The position numbers and the translations under genes are program-made. Under the pieces are notes generated by a model. The model was not told the DNA's origin, did no database searches, and saw only the letters and a list, made by a program, of their open reading frames with translations. From Bacteroidota bacterium (GTDB lineage Bacteria > Bacteroidota > Bacteroidia > AKYH767-A > 2013-40CM-41-45), in the NCBI GenBank assembly GCA_043787975.1, contig JAYVUK010000001.1, positions 38,347-102,346 on the forward strand: a DNA stretch of 64,000 nt, written 5' to 3'. The number at the start of each line of letters is the position of its first letter. Within the stretch, counting starts at the first letter, position 1. Positions 27,766 through 37,801 of the stretch are shown piece after piece.

Positions 27766-29010
27766 ATGAAACTATGCAAACCAATTGTTTTCTTTCTCAC
27801 TATTCAGCTTTCGATTTTAGGTGGAGTAAAGGCACAAGTAAAAATTTTATTTGATGCGAGCAAAGCGCAAATGGCCGGCAATGCTGATTGGGTAATAGAT
27901 GCTAACCTACACAACATCGGAACCAATTCAAGCGGTGTCATGGTTGTTGGCCTGGGAGATGAAGCTAATCCTCAACGGGTACCTGCGCCGGCACAAAGTA
28001 CGGTCACCGCAAGTACACCTGAAACGTATTGGAATGGTTCGCTTTCATCTTGGGGAATAGCTTTGGTAAAGCTCGGTTACGAAGTAGAAACATTGCCTTA
28101 CAATGACAGCATTACATTTGGCAATACAACCCATGCGCAGGACTTGTCGAATTACAAAGTCTTTATTGTGGATGAACCGAACATCCGTTTCAAATTAAGT
28201 GAACGCAATGCGATTGTGCAATTCGTTCAGAATGGTGGTGGCTTGTTTATGATTTCTGATCATACTATCAGCGACAGGAATAATGACGGTTGGGATTCGC
28301 CCCAGATTTGGAATGATATCATGACCACGAATACAGTTCACATCAACCCGTTTGGTATTACCTGTGATTACCAGAATTTTTCTGAAACAACCTCGAATTT
28401 TAATTCTCTTCCAACTGATTCTGTTCTTCACGGTTCACAAGGCAACCCGACTCAAATGAAATACAGCAACGGAACAACATTTACATTATCTCCCACAGAT
28501 AATACTACAGTTGTTGGGCTCGTTTACAAAACCGGTTCATCACATGGCAATACGAATGTATTCATGGCGCGTTGCCATTATGGCTCCGGAAAAGTTGTGG
28601 CGCTGGGTGATAGTTCTCCACCTGATGACGGAACTGGCGATCCGAATGATGCTCTTTATAGTTCGTGGAGTGGCGAGGCCAATGGCGACCATGCGCGGAT
28701 TCTGTTGAATGCCACGATCTGGCTTGCTTCAAGTTCATCTTCGACAGGAGTTAATTCACCGGTTGATGAAATCAATTTTTCTGTTTTTCCAAATCCGACT
28801 TCCGGATTGATAAATGTTCATTCGGATATTAAAAATTTTCTTTCAGCTGTTACAATTGTTGACATGACAGGTAGATTAATCAGAAGCCAGATCATACATT
28901 CATCTCAACATGATTTCACGATTCAGATAAATGAATCAGAAGCCGGAATTTATTTTCTCTGCTTAAAAAATAAGGAGAGGAGTATCATAAAAAAGATCGT
29001 AAAGTTCTGA
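27766..29010 (+). CDS. T9SS type A cargo with class I GATase-like (DUF4350-like) domain
   Basis: Signal peptide; KILFD..AGNADW, DLSNYKVFIVDEPN, FVQNGGGLFMISDH, GKVVALGDSS; C-terminal VFPNPT..GIYF..KKIVK. Confidence 0.72.
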   Translation: MKLCKPIVFFLTIQLSILGGVKAQVKILFDASKAQMAGNADWVIDANLHNIGTNSSGVMVVGLGDEANPQRVPAPAQSTVTASTPETYWNGSLSSWGIALVKLGYEVETLPYNDSITFGNTTHAQDLSNYKVFIVDEPNIRFKLSERNAIVQFVQNGGGLFMISDHTISDRNNDGWDSPQIWNDIMTTNTVHINPFGITCDYQNFSETTSNFNSLPTDSVLHGSQGNPTQMKYSNGTTFTLSPTDNTTVVGLVYKTGSSHGNTNVFMARCHYGSGKVVALGDSSPPDDGTGDPNDALYSSWSGEANGDHARILLNATIWLASSSSSTGVNSPVDEINFSVFPNPTSGLINVHSDIKNFLSAVTIVDMTGRLIRSQIIHSSQHDFTIQINESEAGIYFLCLKNKERSIIKKIVKF

Positions 29011-29037
29011 GCTGTTTCGGCAAGATTAGATTATAAA

Positions 29038-29919
29038 TCAATCAGTAAGTTTTGCCAGTCGGTGAAGCACTGTTTCAATCAGGTTGTACATTGTTTCCTC
29101 GCCTTTATGAGTATGTTGCTTAGTGATTCTGTTCGCCACGATGGCATTGATCGAGCAGCAATGATGACCTAAAATTTTTGCTAAGCCATACATGGCGCCG
29201 GTTTCCATTTCAAAGTTAGTGATGAAGTTATTTTCAAATTGAAAACTCGTTAAACGGTCAATTACTTCAGGAAAGGCGAGCTCATAACGTAATACTCTTC
29301 CTTGTGGAGCATAAAATCCTGAACAACTTGCAGTTATACCTTTGAACATTCCGTCACTTAATGCGCTTTCGAGTTTGGAAGATGATCTTATCAAATACGA
29401 TTGTGGAAGTATGCCTTGTCCAAGATAATGGTTTCTGAATGCAGCTATTAGCTTCATTTCTTCGTCTGTATTAGTATAACGGTAAAAATTTAATAAACCA
29501 TCTAAACCCAATCCAAACTTAGAAAAAACAAATCCGTCAACAGGAATATTCTCTTGTAAAGAACCTGAAGTGCCGATGCGTATAAGGTTGATTGATTTAA
29601 GTTTATCCTTGATTATTCGATTCTTTAAATCGATGTTGACTAAAGCATCCAGTTCGTTGTAAACAATGTCAATATTGTCTGTGCCGATACCGGTAGAAAT
29701 TACAGTGATCCGTTTTCCCTTATAAGTGCCAGTATGTGTAACGAATTCACGCTTTTGTTTTTTCAACTCCACGGTATCAAAAAACTTACTCACCATGGCA
29801 ACACGATCAGGATCCCCGACATTAATTATTGTATCAGCGACCTCTTCAGGATGAAGGTTGAGATGATAGACACTGTTATCATCATTGAGGATAAGTTCTG
29901 ACTCCGGTATTTTGTTCAT
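29038..29919 (-). CDS. Nucleoside phosphorylase (uridine phosphorylase-like)
   Basis: VGDPDRV, STGIGTDNIDI, IRIGTSGSL, GFYAPQGR, NFEMET. Confidence 0.9.
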   Translation of the reverse strand: MNKIPESELILNDDNSVYHLNLHPEEVADTIINVGDPDRVAMVSKFFDTVELKKQKREFVTHTGTYKGKRITVISTGIGTDNIDIVYNELDALVNIDLKNRIIKDKLKSINLIRIGTSGSLQENIPVDGFVFSKFGLGLDGLLNFYRYTNTDEEMKLIAAFRNHYLGQGILPQSYLIRSSSKLESALSDGMFKGITASCSGFYAPQGRVLRYELAFPEVIDRLTSFQFENNFITNFEMETGAMYGLAKILGHHCCSINAIVANRITKQHTHKGEETMYNLIETVLHRLAKLTD

Positions 29920-29972
29920 GTGTTTGAATAATATATTTTTGCTCAATAATAAGAAATAATTTTTCCATCATT

Positions 29973-30836
29973 ATGGCGTCTTTAAAAAATCACATTCTTG
30001 TTCCGTTAGATTTTACTGAACAATCGCTCACAGCTCTCGGGCAGTCATACAATTTAGCACGGCTCACAAAAGCAACGCTCACACTCATTCATGTGATTGA
30101 TGAATCTTTTCATCTGCCTTTCGTTTCGAAAAAAGAAGACAAGGGAATGGAGAAAAAAATTCAGAAGGAGCTCGACAAGCTCGCCCTTGAAGTAACAGAG
30201 AAAGTAGGAGTGAAGGTGGAGACGATGATTGCCCGCGGTAAGGTGTATGAAGAAATCCAGGAGGCAGCGAAAAAATTAAAATGTTCTTTTATCGTTATGG
30301 GAACGAAAGGTAGCCGTTTCAAGAAATTTATCGGATCCAATGCATTGCGTGTAATTCGGGAGTCTCCTTGCCCCGTAATTACCATTCATGGTAAGAAGCA
30401 TCGTCCCGGCTGTAAACACATTGTGTTACCTCTTGATTTAACAAAGGAAACCAAAGAAAAGGTGACCAAGGCAATAGAGATAGCGAAATTATTCGGGTCT
30501 GTTATTAACCTGGTTACAATATTAAATACCGATGATGAGTTTATAGTAAATAAGCTGAAACGTCAGATGAACCAGGTTCATGCGTTCATAATGCAACATG
30601 ATGTGCCTTGTACCGTAGAAAACGTCCAAGGTGATGATATCTCTGAAGATATTGTGAAATATGCCAAGAAGATAAAAGCCGATTTGATTCTCATTATGAC
30701 GCAACAGGAAATGAACTGGACCAATATGTTTATCAGCTCACAAGCCCAGGAAATTATTAATAGCAGTGAGATTCCTGTCATGAGCATTCGTCCGGTAAAA
30801 CGTAAAGACACGACAGTTTCTGTTTTTGAATATTAA
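29973..30836 (+). CDS. Universal stress protein (tandem USP domains)
   Basis: ILVPLDF, IVMGTKG, IGSNALRVIRESPCPV; second domain IVLPLD..IPVMSI. Confidence 0.92.
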   Translation: MASLKNHILVPLDFTEQSLTALGQSYNLARLTKATLTLIHVIDESFHLPFVSKKEDKGMEKKIQKELDKLALEVTEKVGVKVETMIARGKVYEEIQEAAKKLKCSFIVMGTKGSRFKKFIGSNALRVIRESPCPVITIHGKKHRPGCKHIVLPLDLTKETKEKVTKAIEIAKLFGSVINLVTILNTDDEFIVNKLKRQMNQVHAFIMQHDVPCTVENVQGDDISEDIVKYAKKIKADLILIMTQQEMNWTNMFISSQAQEIINSSEIPVMSIRPVKRKDTTVSVFEY

Positions 30837-30854
30837 ACTCAAACCACTCAAGCT

Positions 30855-31742
30855 ATGAGCAAGAAATTCCAGATTCAACGCATTCTTATCCCGTATGATT
30901 TTTCTGAAACGGCTGAGCTCGCATTGGAACATGCCACGTTTATGGCAAAACTTCACAAAGCCGAGATTCATCTTCTTCACATTGTTGAGTCTTATTCTTT
31001 CACCTCCGCAATCAGTAATGCATTTTCAAAATCTCAGACTGAGTATGAAACTAAAATTGAAACCTCAGCCAACGTTCGCCTAAAAGAAATTGCTGACAAA
31101 ATTCATTCGACCAGTGGAATGAAGATCATTGCGACCACGGAGGCAGGAAAGATATATAAAAAAATTATTGGCATAGCAGAAGAAAAGGAGATTGATGTCA
31201 TTGTAATGGGAACACACGGCTCGAGCGGTTTCCAGGAATTTCTTGCAGGAAGCAATGCCTTTCGGGTGGTGATGGGTGCTCCTTGCCCGGTCATTTCAGT
31301 TCAGACACATGCAAAGAAGATAGGGTTTAAAGACATTGTTCTCCCGATTGATAACTCTTCTGTTTCTCGTCAGAAAGTAAAGTTCGCCATCGAGATAGCA
31401 AAGCATTACAATTCCATACTTCATATTGCTGGAATCATGACAATGAATGACGTTGAGTTGCAACGCAGGTTTGAAGTAAAAGTACACCAGGTTAAGGAAT
31501 ATGTGGAAGAACATGAGGTCCCTTATACGGTCAAAATGTTTAAAGGGGATAATGTCGCGACACTTACTACTGACTATGCAAATCAAATTAACGCAGATTT
31601 GATTGTTATCATGACGGAACAGGAAAGCTCCAGCTTGTTTATGGGATCGTATGCGCAGCAGATCATTAATCATTCTAAGATTCCTGTGATGAGCGTTCGT
31701 CCTCAGGAAGGGGATCCCGAAAAAATTTCATTGGGATATTAA
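30855..31742 (+). CDS. Universal stress protein (tandem USP domains), paralog of the upstream gene
   Basis: ILIPYDFS, IVMGTHGSSG, GSNAFRVV..PCPVI; second domain IVLPID..IPVMSV. Confidence 0.92.
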   Translation: MSKKFQIQRILIPYDFSETAELALEHATFMAKLHKAEIHLLHIVESYSFTSAISNAFSKSQTEYETKIETSANVRLKEIADKIHSTSGMKIIATTEAGKIYKKIIGIAEEKEIDVIVMGTHGSSGFQEFLAGSNAFRVVMGAPCPVISVQTHAKKIGFKDIVLPIDNSSVSRQKVKFAIEIAKHYNSILHIAGIMTMNDVELQRRFEVKVHQVKEYVEEHEVPYTVKMFKGDNVATLTTDYANQINADLIVIMTEQESSSLFMGSYAQQIINHSKIPVMSVRPQEGDPEKISLGY

Positions 31743-31764
31743 GTTTCTGTGTTCTTTTTAAGAC

Positions 31765-31800
31765 AACAAAAAAGCTGCTCGAATGAGCAGCTTTTTTGTT
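31765..31800. terminator. Bidirectional intrinsic terminator
   Basis: Perfect IR AACAAAAAAGCTGCTC-GAAT-GAGCAGCTTTTTTGTT between convergent genes. Confidence 0.85.
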
Positions 31801-31819
31801 GAAAGATATTTTTGCTCTA

Positions 31820-32482
31820 TCAGATTTTGACATATGCTGCAATACCGGAAGCTGAAGCGCCACCGGCTGAGTTATTCACATCAGTATATGTGAAACCAAA
31901 ATTGTTTCCGGAAATGGTACCGGTACCGTTAAAAGTATGGCTTTCGCTCAGCGTTCCGATACCGGTTGCGGTCTGAGAAGGAATATCAATTGAAGTAGCT
32001 GTGGTCATTGTTCCATAGATGTTTGTGTTATTGTTGTAATCAGCAAATTTGCTGAAATGAAAACGTTTGTTCACGTGATTATCAGTCGTTATTGTCTGAG
32101 TATAATGATACGTAGTTACAGGAATAACTGAATCACTTACATTGTAGTTGCCAGCCATTGACTCAGCATCATTCACGACATGTACGGTACGGGTAGCAGT
32201 ACCTGTGTTACCGGCAGCGTCAGAAGCAGAATACGTTAGTGTATAATCTCCCTTGGTATCCTTATCAACGGTTCCTGAAACCGATACTGAAACAGTTCCG
32301 TCCTCTGCATCATTTGCTGTAGCACCTGGATCTGTAAAGGTTGAGTTGAGGGAAATAGTCATGCTGGAACTTCCGCCTAAAGTCACATCAGGAGCAGCAG
32401 TATCATCTTTTTTACAGCCGCTGATAAGCGTAGCGGACAAAGCCAGCGCAAAAGCGCCCATAATCAGAATATTTTTTTTCAT
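31820..32482 (-). CDS. Lipoprotein with DUF5011/HYR-like Ig domain
   Basis: Lipobox ISG|CKKDD; FTDPGATANDAEDG...GDYTLTYSASDAAGN..TATRTVHV. Confidence 0.85.
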   Translation of the reverse strand: MKKNILIMGAFALALSATLISGCKKDDTAAPDVTLGGSSSMTISLNSTFTDPGATANDAEDGTVSVSVSGTVDKDTKGDYTLTYSASDAAGNTGTATRTVHVVNDAESMAGNYNVSDSVIPVTTYHYTQTITTDNHVNKRFHFSKFADYNNNTNIYGTMTTATSIDIPSQTATGIGTLSESHTFNGTGTISGNNFGFTYTDVNNSAGGASASGIAAYVKI

Positions 32483-32619
32483 TTTAGCTTAGGTTTTTTA
32501 GGTTAGAAATTGAAGGTGCAAAGTTAAAAGGATTCAAGAAAGTTTTTCATTTTTTTTTTATTAAATAATCATTCTATATTTGCGCCCACAAAACCAATTA
32601 ATTAAAATCACTTAACAAA

Positions 32620-32940
32620 ATGAAAAAAGTATTCTCTATTTTATTAGCTGCAAGCATCGCTACATTCGTTGCTTGTGGTCCAAGTGCTGAAGAAAAAGCA
32701 GCGATGGAAAAAGCAAAACAGGATTCTATTGCTACAGTTCAAAAAGCGTATGACGATTCAGTGACTACTGTCAATGCTGCTGCTGCTGAAAAAGCCCGTC
32801 AGGATTCAATGGCTTCTGCTAACATGGAAAAAGCCCGTCAGGATTCTGCTACTGCTGCATCAAAGAAAAAACCTGCTGTAAAGACTCCTACTCAGAAAAA
32901 GGTAGAAGAAGCAAAAAAGGCGACCAGAGGAAGAGGATAA
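32620..32940 (+). CDS. Small Ala/Lys-rich lipoprotein (paralog 1)
   Basis: Lipobox FVA|CGPSAEEKAA; biased codon usage; own promoter TATATTTG at 32575; exact 20-bp internal repeat at 32788-32807 and 32827-32846. Confidence 0.85.
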   Translation: MKKVFSILLAASIATFVACGPSAEEKAAMEKAKQDSIATVQKAYDDSVTTVNAAAAEKARQDSMASANMEKARQDSATAASKKKPAVKTPTQKKVEEAKKATRGRG

Positions 32941-32970
32941 TATCCTTATTTCATAGTCATTTATAAATAG

Positions 32971-33016
32971 AAATTAACGCTTGTGTGTTGTTATAAACAT
33001 ACAGGTGTTAATTTTT
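32971..33016 (+). terminator. Long G-U-rich hairpin with T tail after lipoprotein 1
   Basis: AAATTAACGCTTGTGTGTT / AACATACAGGTGTTAATTT stem, then T-rich sequence. Confidence 0.55.
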
Positions 33017-33085
33017 ATTTTTTTTAACCCTTGTAAGCTGATAAAATTAACCTACATTTGCGCCCATAAAATCTAAAAAAACACA

Positions 33086-33304
33086 ATGAAAAAAGTTCTC
33101 TCTACATTATTAGTTGCCGGAATGTTCGCATTCTACGCTTGCGGTCCGAGTGCTGAAGAAAAAGCTGCTGCGGAAAAAGCTACTCAGGATTCAATTGCTG
33201 CTGCTGACGCAAGTGCAAAAGCTGCTATGGAAGCCGACTCTATGCAAAAGGCAGCAATGCCTGCTGATACAGCGGTTAAAATGGCTGATCCTGCAAAGAA
33301 ATAA
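33086..33304 (+). CDS. Small Ala-rich lipoprotein (paralog 2)
   Basis: MKKV..FYA|CGPSAEEKAA; promoter TACATTTGCGCCCATAAAA (33053-33071) nearly identical to that of paralog 1. Confidence 0.85.
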   Translation: MKKVLSTLLVAGMFAFYACGPSAEEKAAAEKATQDSIAAADASAKAAMEADSMQKAAMPADTAVKMADPAKK

Positions 33305-33327
33305 GCAGATACTATCTGTTTAGCAAT

Positions 33328-33365
33328 AAAAAAGGAGTCTTGCTTATAGCCAGACTCCTTTTTTT
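33328..33365. terminator. Bidirectional intrinsic terminator
   Basis: AAAAAAGGAGTCT...AGACTCCTTTTTTT between convergent genes. Confidence 0.8.
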
Positions 33366-33388
33366 GTGAGCAAGTTTTAAGAGAACAA

Positions 33389-35797
33389 TTATTCCTCTTC
33401 TCTAAGTAAGCCTGTATCTGTTTCACGATTAATCGCATCCTCAGACTTGTTCCTATTGATCAGGCTTTGATCCGGTTGCAAGCTTTTTTGTTGCAATGTT
33501 TTTGGCGTAGGGCTCGGATTTACATCCCGATGATTTCCTGCAGCTATGGAAGAAGTAAAATCAAAAATAGTATCAGGATAGTCAAACAAAAAGAAAAATG
33601 GCTGATAACTCCATGTTTCAACACTGCTGCGGTGATTAACTGAAATATAATAATTGCCAAAGCCCGCATTGAAGGGGAGTGAGCAACGTGCTACACCACC
33701 GGTGCTAAGCAATGCTTTTGTTGAGAAGAGTACCTGGTAAGGAGATAGATTGTACCGTAATGAAACGGTAATGGAGTCTGCAACCCCCGGCGGCATAAAA
33801 GGAGCGGATCTCATTGTTCTGTTCCCTGTATAGTATCCCTCAAGGAATGCTTTTACTACCAGGACAACATCCGGAGGGGTTGTCGCAAACAAGTGAACAT
33901 TGCAACCACCCGAATTTCCAAGTGCATTTTTTGCAATTACGCTCCAATAATAAGTCCTTCCTTGTAACAAAGGTCCTGTGGCAACACTCGTGTCGGTTAC
34001 ATTGGGAAAAAAGAAAAGCGATGCTGCCGGAGGAGAAACCGGAACAGTATCCATATAAATATCATAGCTTGAAGCATTCGTAGCCTTTTTCCATCTTAAA
34101 GTAACACCTGATGCATTCACGTAATTATTAGTAGGGGGGGCAAAATTGTTAGGGTCAGGACATGCAGGTAAGATTGAATAAGCTACCAGGGAAAAACTTC
34201 CTGTACCGAAACCTGAAGGAGCATGATACACACGCACGTAATAAATTCCGTTCAGCGTTAGATTTGTGAGGACAACCGTTTCATTGCTCCCGTTGGCTGT
34301 GTTGGCATTAACACATTGAAGAGAGGTTAATCCAACGCCACAAGGTCCTGAGAAAACCTGCACGGCAGGATCAAATCCACCACTGCCCTGAACGAATACA
34401 GTAACAGAGGAAGTGATAGCGGTAAATTTATACCATACATCATCATCTGCGGTTCCTGTACAAACAGCAACAGGCGAAGCGGTTGCTGTAGTGGTATTTG
34501 TTCCTGCAATCGGTGTAGTTGACGTTGTTATAGGTAAATTAATGGCGCCTGAACAATCATCATTTGCAGGAGGCGGCTGTACGTTATTAATGCAAATTGA
34601 AAATACTCCGTTTGTTCCTGATCCCGCTGCGGCATGATATACCCGAACGTAATACGTATTTCCGTTCGAAAGACCCGTGCCGGTAAGTGTTTCAGTTAAT
34701 CCCGACGTTGCAGAGTTCTGGCATGCAAGACTATTCAAAGAATTATCCAGTAACTGAATAGCGGCATCGTAACCCCCTGCGCCCCGCACTCTGACTGCTA
34801 CTGCTGAATTTGTAGCAACAAAGGAAAACCATACATCGTCATCAGCTGTTCCGGTACAAACGGGAACACTTGAAAGTGTTGCACCGGCAGAGGAGTAATA
34901 AGTACCACAAAAATCGGTACAAGGGGAACTGTTAACAGCAAGAGGAATTGCTCCTGCAGGGTCATCATTTGCTACTGTATTGACCACAGGAACATAAGGA
35001 GTATAACTTCCCGGAGTGAAAAGTATACTGCTGTTACACTGGGGAACAATACTTAGACTATTAGTAGCTGTATTGCCGAAGTTTCTGGTGTTCGCAGTCA
35101 TTTGGGTGAACAATTCTCCCGAAAGAGGAGGAACACTGATCAGAGAATCATTGAGACCAGCTGAGTAAGAATAAAATTGGCTATGCGAACCATCAAAAGC
35201 ACTCATGGTTCCATACACAAATTGGATGTTATTAGAAGTTTCAAATAACTTAACCTGGAAATTCAAATTGGCTCCATCAGACTGGTAATCCATACCGATC
35301 CACTCGACCGTAAATACCCTGCTTCCCGCAGCACCTGCCGTCTGGTATTTGAAAGATGTCGACAAACCCTGTGAGCTAAGATCATCATAAAAAGGTGCAA
35401 TCGCTAACCGCGAAATAGAAGAGAAGTTGTTGTTTGATGCACTATACGCGATGGTTGAATTACCATTACCTACCGCTGTAGTTCCTGTATTGAATGTAAT
35501 GAAACCATTGGTTGAAACCAATACGTTCGTGTAACCCACTCCATGGTACAAAAACGTAAACCCAATTGGAATAGCATTACTTAAATTATCATCTGAAGAA
35601 CCGCTTGGATTTCTCCACGATGAAATGGTATTACCACTTCCTGAAATGGAGCTGTAAGAAATTCCTGTTGTCCTCGTTACATCATAATTAAGCGGGACAG
35701 CAAACGAATTGCTAAAAAAGAAAACAGAAGCAATGATAATCACGCTGTATCGAAAGCAATGAATACTTGCTTTCGTCTTATTTTTTAGTTGTACCAT
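33389..35797 (-). CDS. Large secreted multidomain protein (two PPC-like repeats, FN3-like domain, C-terminal 'FLEG..HR..ETWS' domain)
   Basis: Signal peptide; two ANDD..DDDVW..YYVRVYH repeats; LRWKKATNASSYDIY..TYYWSV FN3-like segment; no T9SS CTD visible. Confidence 0.75.
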   Translation of the reverse strand: MVQLKNKTKASIHCFRYSVIIIASVFFFSNSFAVPLNYDVTRTTGISYSSISGSGNTISSWRNPSGSSDDNLSNAIPIGFTFLYHGVGYTNVLVSTNGFITFNTGTTAVGNGNSTIAYSASNNNFSSISRLAIAPFYDDLSSQGLSTSFKYQTAGAAGSRVFTVEWIGMDYQSDGANLNFQVKLFETSNNIQFVYGTMSAFDGSHSQFYSYSAGLNDSLISVPPLSGELFTQMTANTRNFGNTATNSLSIVPQCNSSILFTPGSYTPYVPVVNTVANDDPAGAIPLAVNSSPCTDFCGTYYSSAGATLSSVPVCTGTADDDVWFSFVATNSAVAVRVRGAGGYDAAIQLLDNSLNSLACQNSATSGLTETLTGTGLSNGNTYYVRVYHAAAGSGTNGVFSICINNVQPPPANDDCSGAINLPITTSTTPIAGTNTTTATASPVAVCTGTADDDVWYKFTAITSSVTVFVQGSGGFDPAVQVFSGPCGVGLTSLQCVNANTANGSNETVVLTNLTLNGIYYVRVYHAPSGFGTGSFSLVAYSILPACPDPNNFAPPTNNYVNASGVTLRWKKATNASSYDIYMDTVPVSPPAASLFFFPNVTDTSVATGPLLQGRTYYWSVIAKNALGNSGGCNVHLFATTPPDVVLVVKAFLEGYYTGNRTMRSAPFMPPGVADSITVSLRYNLSPYQVLFSTKALLSTGGVARCSLPFNAGFGNYYISVNHRSSVETWSYQPFFFLFDYPDTIFDFTSSIAAGNHRDVNPSPTPKTLQQKSLQPDQSLINRNKSEDAINRETDTGLLREEE

Positions 35798-36130
35798 GTA
35801 GTTGTTGATTCGATAACTTGTTAAGATTGATAGTTGGTGTATTAATTTAATTTATTCAGACACGATAATTTTACTACTCAAACAGAGAGCCGATACAATT
35901 AACTAAGCAGAGAATTAATTTACAACGCAGCCCCAAATAAATAGTTCATTGAATAATCAACTATTCCTTACTTTGTTTAGTCTTCAGGGAGAGCAAATAT
36001 AACAAATTTTGTCCCTTGAAAGCAAAACATGTAAATAATTTGGTGAATCAATAAAAACCTTCCTTGAATGTCATTTTATTCAACGTGAAGATGAACACAG
36101 AATAAGTACTTTTGCCGGCAAAGTTTTTTT

Positions 36131-37744
36131 ATGATTCCATTCTCAAAGAAATTAATTGATTTTGATTCGACCCATTCCTTTTCGGCTCTTGTTTTAGATT
36201 ATCTCTCCGCAACAAAAACGATTCCCGACTTTCAGTCTTTTTCATTTGACGAAAATGGTTTCAAGCATGCCATTGAAAACAGGTTAAAGCCCAGATATGA
36301 AGTAAACAGGGAGGTTCTTTCAAATGTTTTGCTGGAACAATATGAAAGACTATCCGGGAAAATTTCGACATTCGATCAGACAAAAAAAATAATTTCGACG
36401 TTGACAAAAAAAACAACGTTCACGGTGACAACCGGTCACCAGTTGAATCTTTTTACCGGTCCTCTTTATTTTATTTACAAAATCATCAGCACGATTAATC
36501 TTGCTGATGAATTAAAAACTAAATTTCCGGAATATGATTTTGTCCCGATTTATTGGATGGCAAGTGAAGATCATGACCTTGAAGAAATCAATCACATTCA
36601 TCTGTTCGGAAAGAAAATAGAGTGGGAGCCAACATCAAAAGGTGCTTCGGGAAAAATAACATGTGAAGGCATTTCTAAAACGCTAACGATTGTAAAAGAG
36701 ATGCTGAACAATGCAAACGCGGAAAAGATTATCTCTCTTTTTGAAAAAGCGTATCATCCGGAAAATAAGTTGTCTGAAGCTGCACGAATTATTATTCACG
36801 AGCTGTTTTCAGAATATGGTTTGGTAATCCTGGATGCGGATGATGCGAGATTGAAAACGAATTTTGTGAGCGAGATGAAAGATGACGTAATCAATCATTC
36901 CGCCTTTAAGTACGTCGAAGAAACAATCCAGGAGCTGGAAAAAAATTACAAAGTCCAGGTTCATCCACGTGAGATTAATCTTTTTTACCTCGGTGAAAAT
37001 TTTCGCGAACGCATTGTGGAAGAGGAGGGACGCTATAAAATATTAAATGACAAGGGTTCATTCTCCAAAGAAGAATTACTGATTGAAATAGAAAACCACC
37101 CTGAAAAATTTAGTCCGAACGTAGTTCTGCGTCCTCTTTACCAGGAGAAAACATTGCCCAATATTGGCTATATAGGCGGGCCGGCAGAAATCTCTTACTG
37201 GATGGAATACAAAAAGATGTTTGAGCATTATGGTGCAAAATTACCAGTGTTGGTTTTGCGCAGTTGTGCGTTGGTGATGGATGCTTCCTCGACTGATAAA
37301 TTTAAAAAACTCGGCCTGGAACCGGAAGATATTTTTATGAATGAGGATGAGCTCGTCAACAACTATTTGAAATTAAAAATGCCGGAGGAATTCTCATTCG
37401 AACCGCTGCTTCAGCAAACAGCTTCCTTGTTTGAAGAAGCGATTTCAAAAATTAACCTGGTTGATCCAACGCTGAAAGCAACAGCGGAAGCCGAGAAACA
37501 AAAGGTTCTGAATAGCCTGAAGTCGCTTGAGGAGCGCGTTCGCAAAGCCGAGAAGAAAAAACATGAAGTTGCAATTAACCAAATTCGGAAATTGAAGGAA
37601 AAGTTTTTTCCGGAAAAAGGGTTGCAGGAACGGTATGAAAACATCCTTACCTTTTATTCAAAGTACGGAGATGATTTCCTAAAAGTGCTCATCAAAAACA
37701 TGCATCCTTCAGCGAAGAAATTTATTTTGTTGAGTGAAGAATAA
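36131..37744 (+). CDS. bshC: Bacillithiol biosynthesis cysteine-adding enzyme
   Basis: TTGHQLNLFTGPLYFIYK, YWMASEDHD, FSPNVVLRPLYQE, GGPAEISYW, GLQER. Confidence 0.93.
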   Translation: MIPFSKKLIDFDSTHSFSALVLDYLSATKTIPDFQSFSFDENGFKHAIENRLKPRYEVNREVLSNVLLEQYERLSGKISTFDQTKKIISTLTKKTTFTVTTGHQLNLFTGPLYFIYKIISTINLADELKTKFPEYDFVPIYWMASEDHDLEEINHIHLFGKKIEWEPTSKGASGKITCEGISKTLTIVKEMLNNANAEKIISLFEKAYHPENKLSEAARIIIHELFSEYGLVILDADDARLKTNFVSEMKDDVINHSAFKYVEETIQELEKNYKVQVHPREINLFYLGENFRERIVEEEGRYKILNDKGSFSKEELLIEIENHPEKFSPNVVLRPLYQEKTLPNIGYIGGPAEISYWMEYKKMFEHYGAKLPVLVLRSCALVMDASSTDKFKKLGLEPEDIFMNEDELVNNYLKLKMPEEFSFEPLLQQTASLFEEAISKINLVDPTLKATAEAEKQKVLNSLKSLEERVRKAEKKKHEVAINQIRKLKEKFFPEKGLQERYENILTFYSKYGDDFLKVLIKNMHPSAKKFILLSEE

Positions 37745-37801
37745 TCGGTTTGATTGTTTTCATTTTTGTTTGCATATTTGCCTTGAAAAATTAATTCCAA
37801 C

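Noticed and set aside
36131-37744. bshC in a Gram-negative genome as a novelty
   Set aside because: Bacillithiol biosynthesis genes are already known in Bacteroidota.
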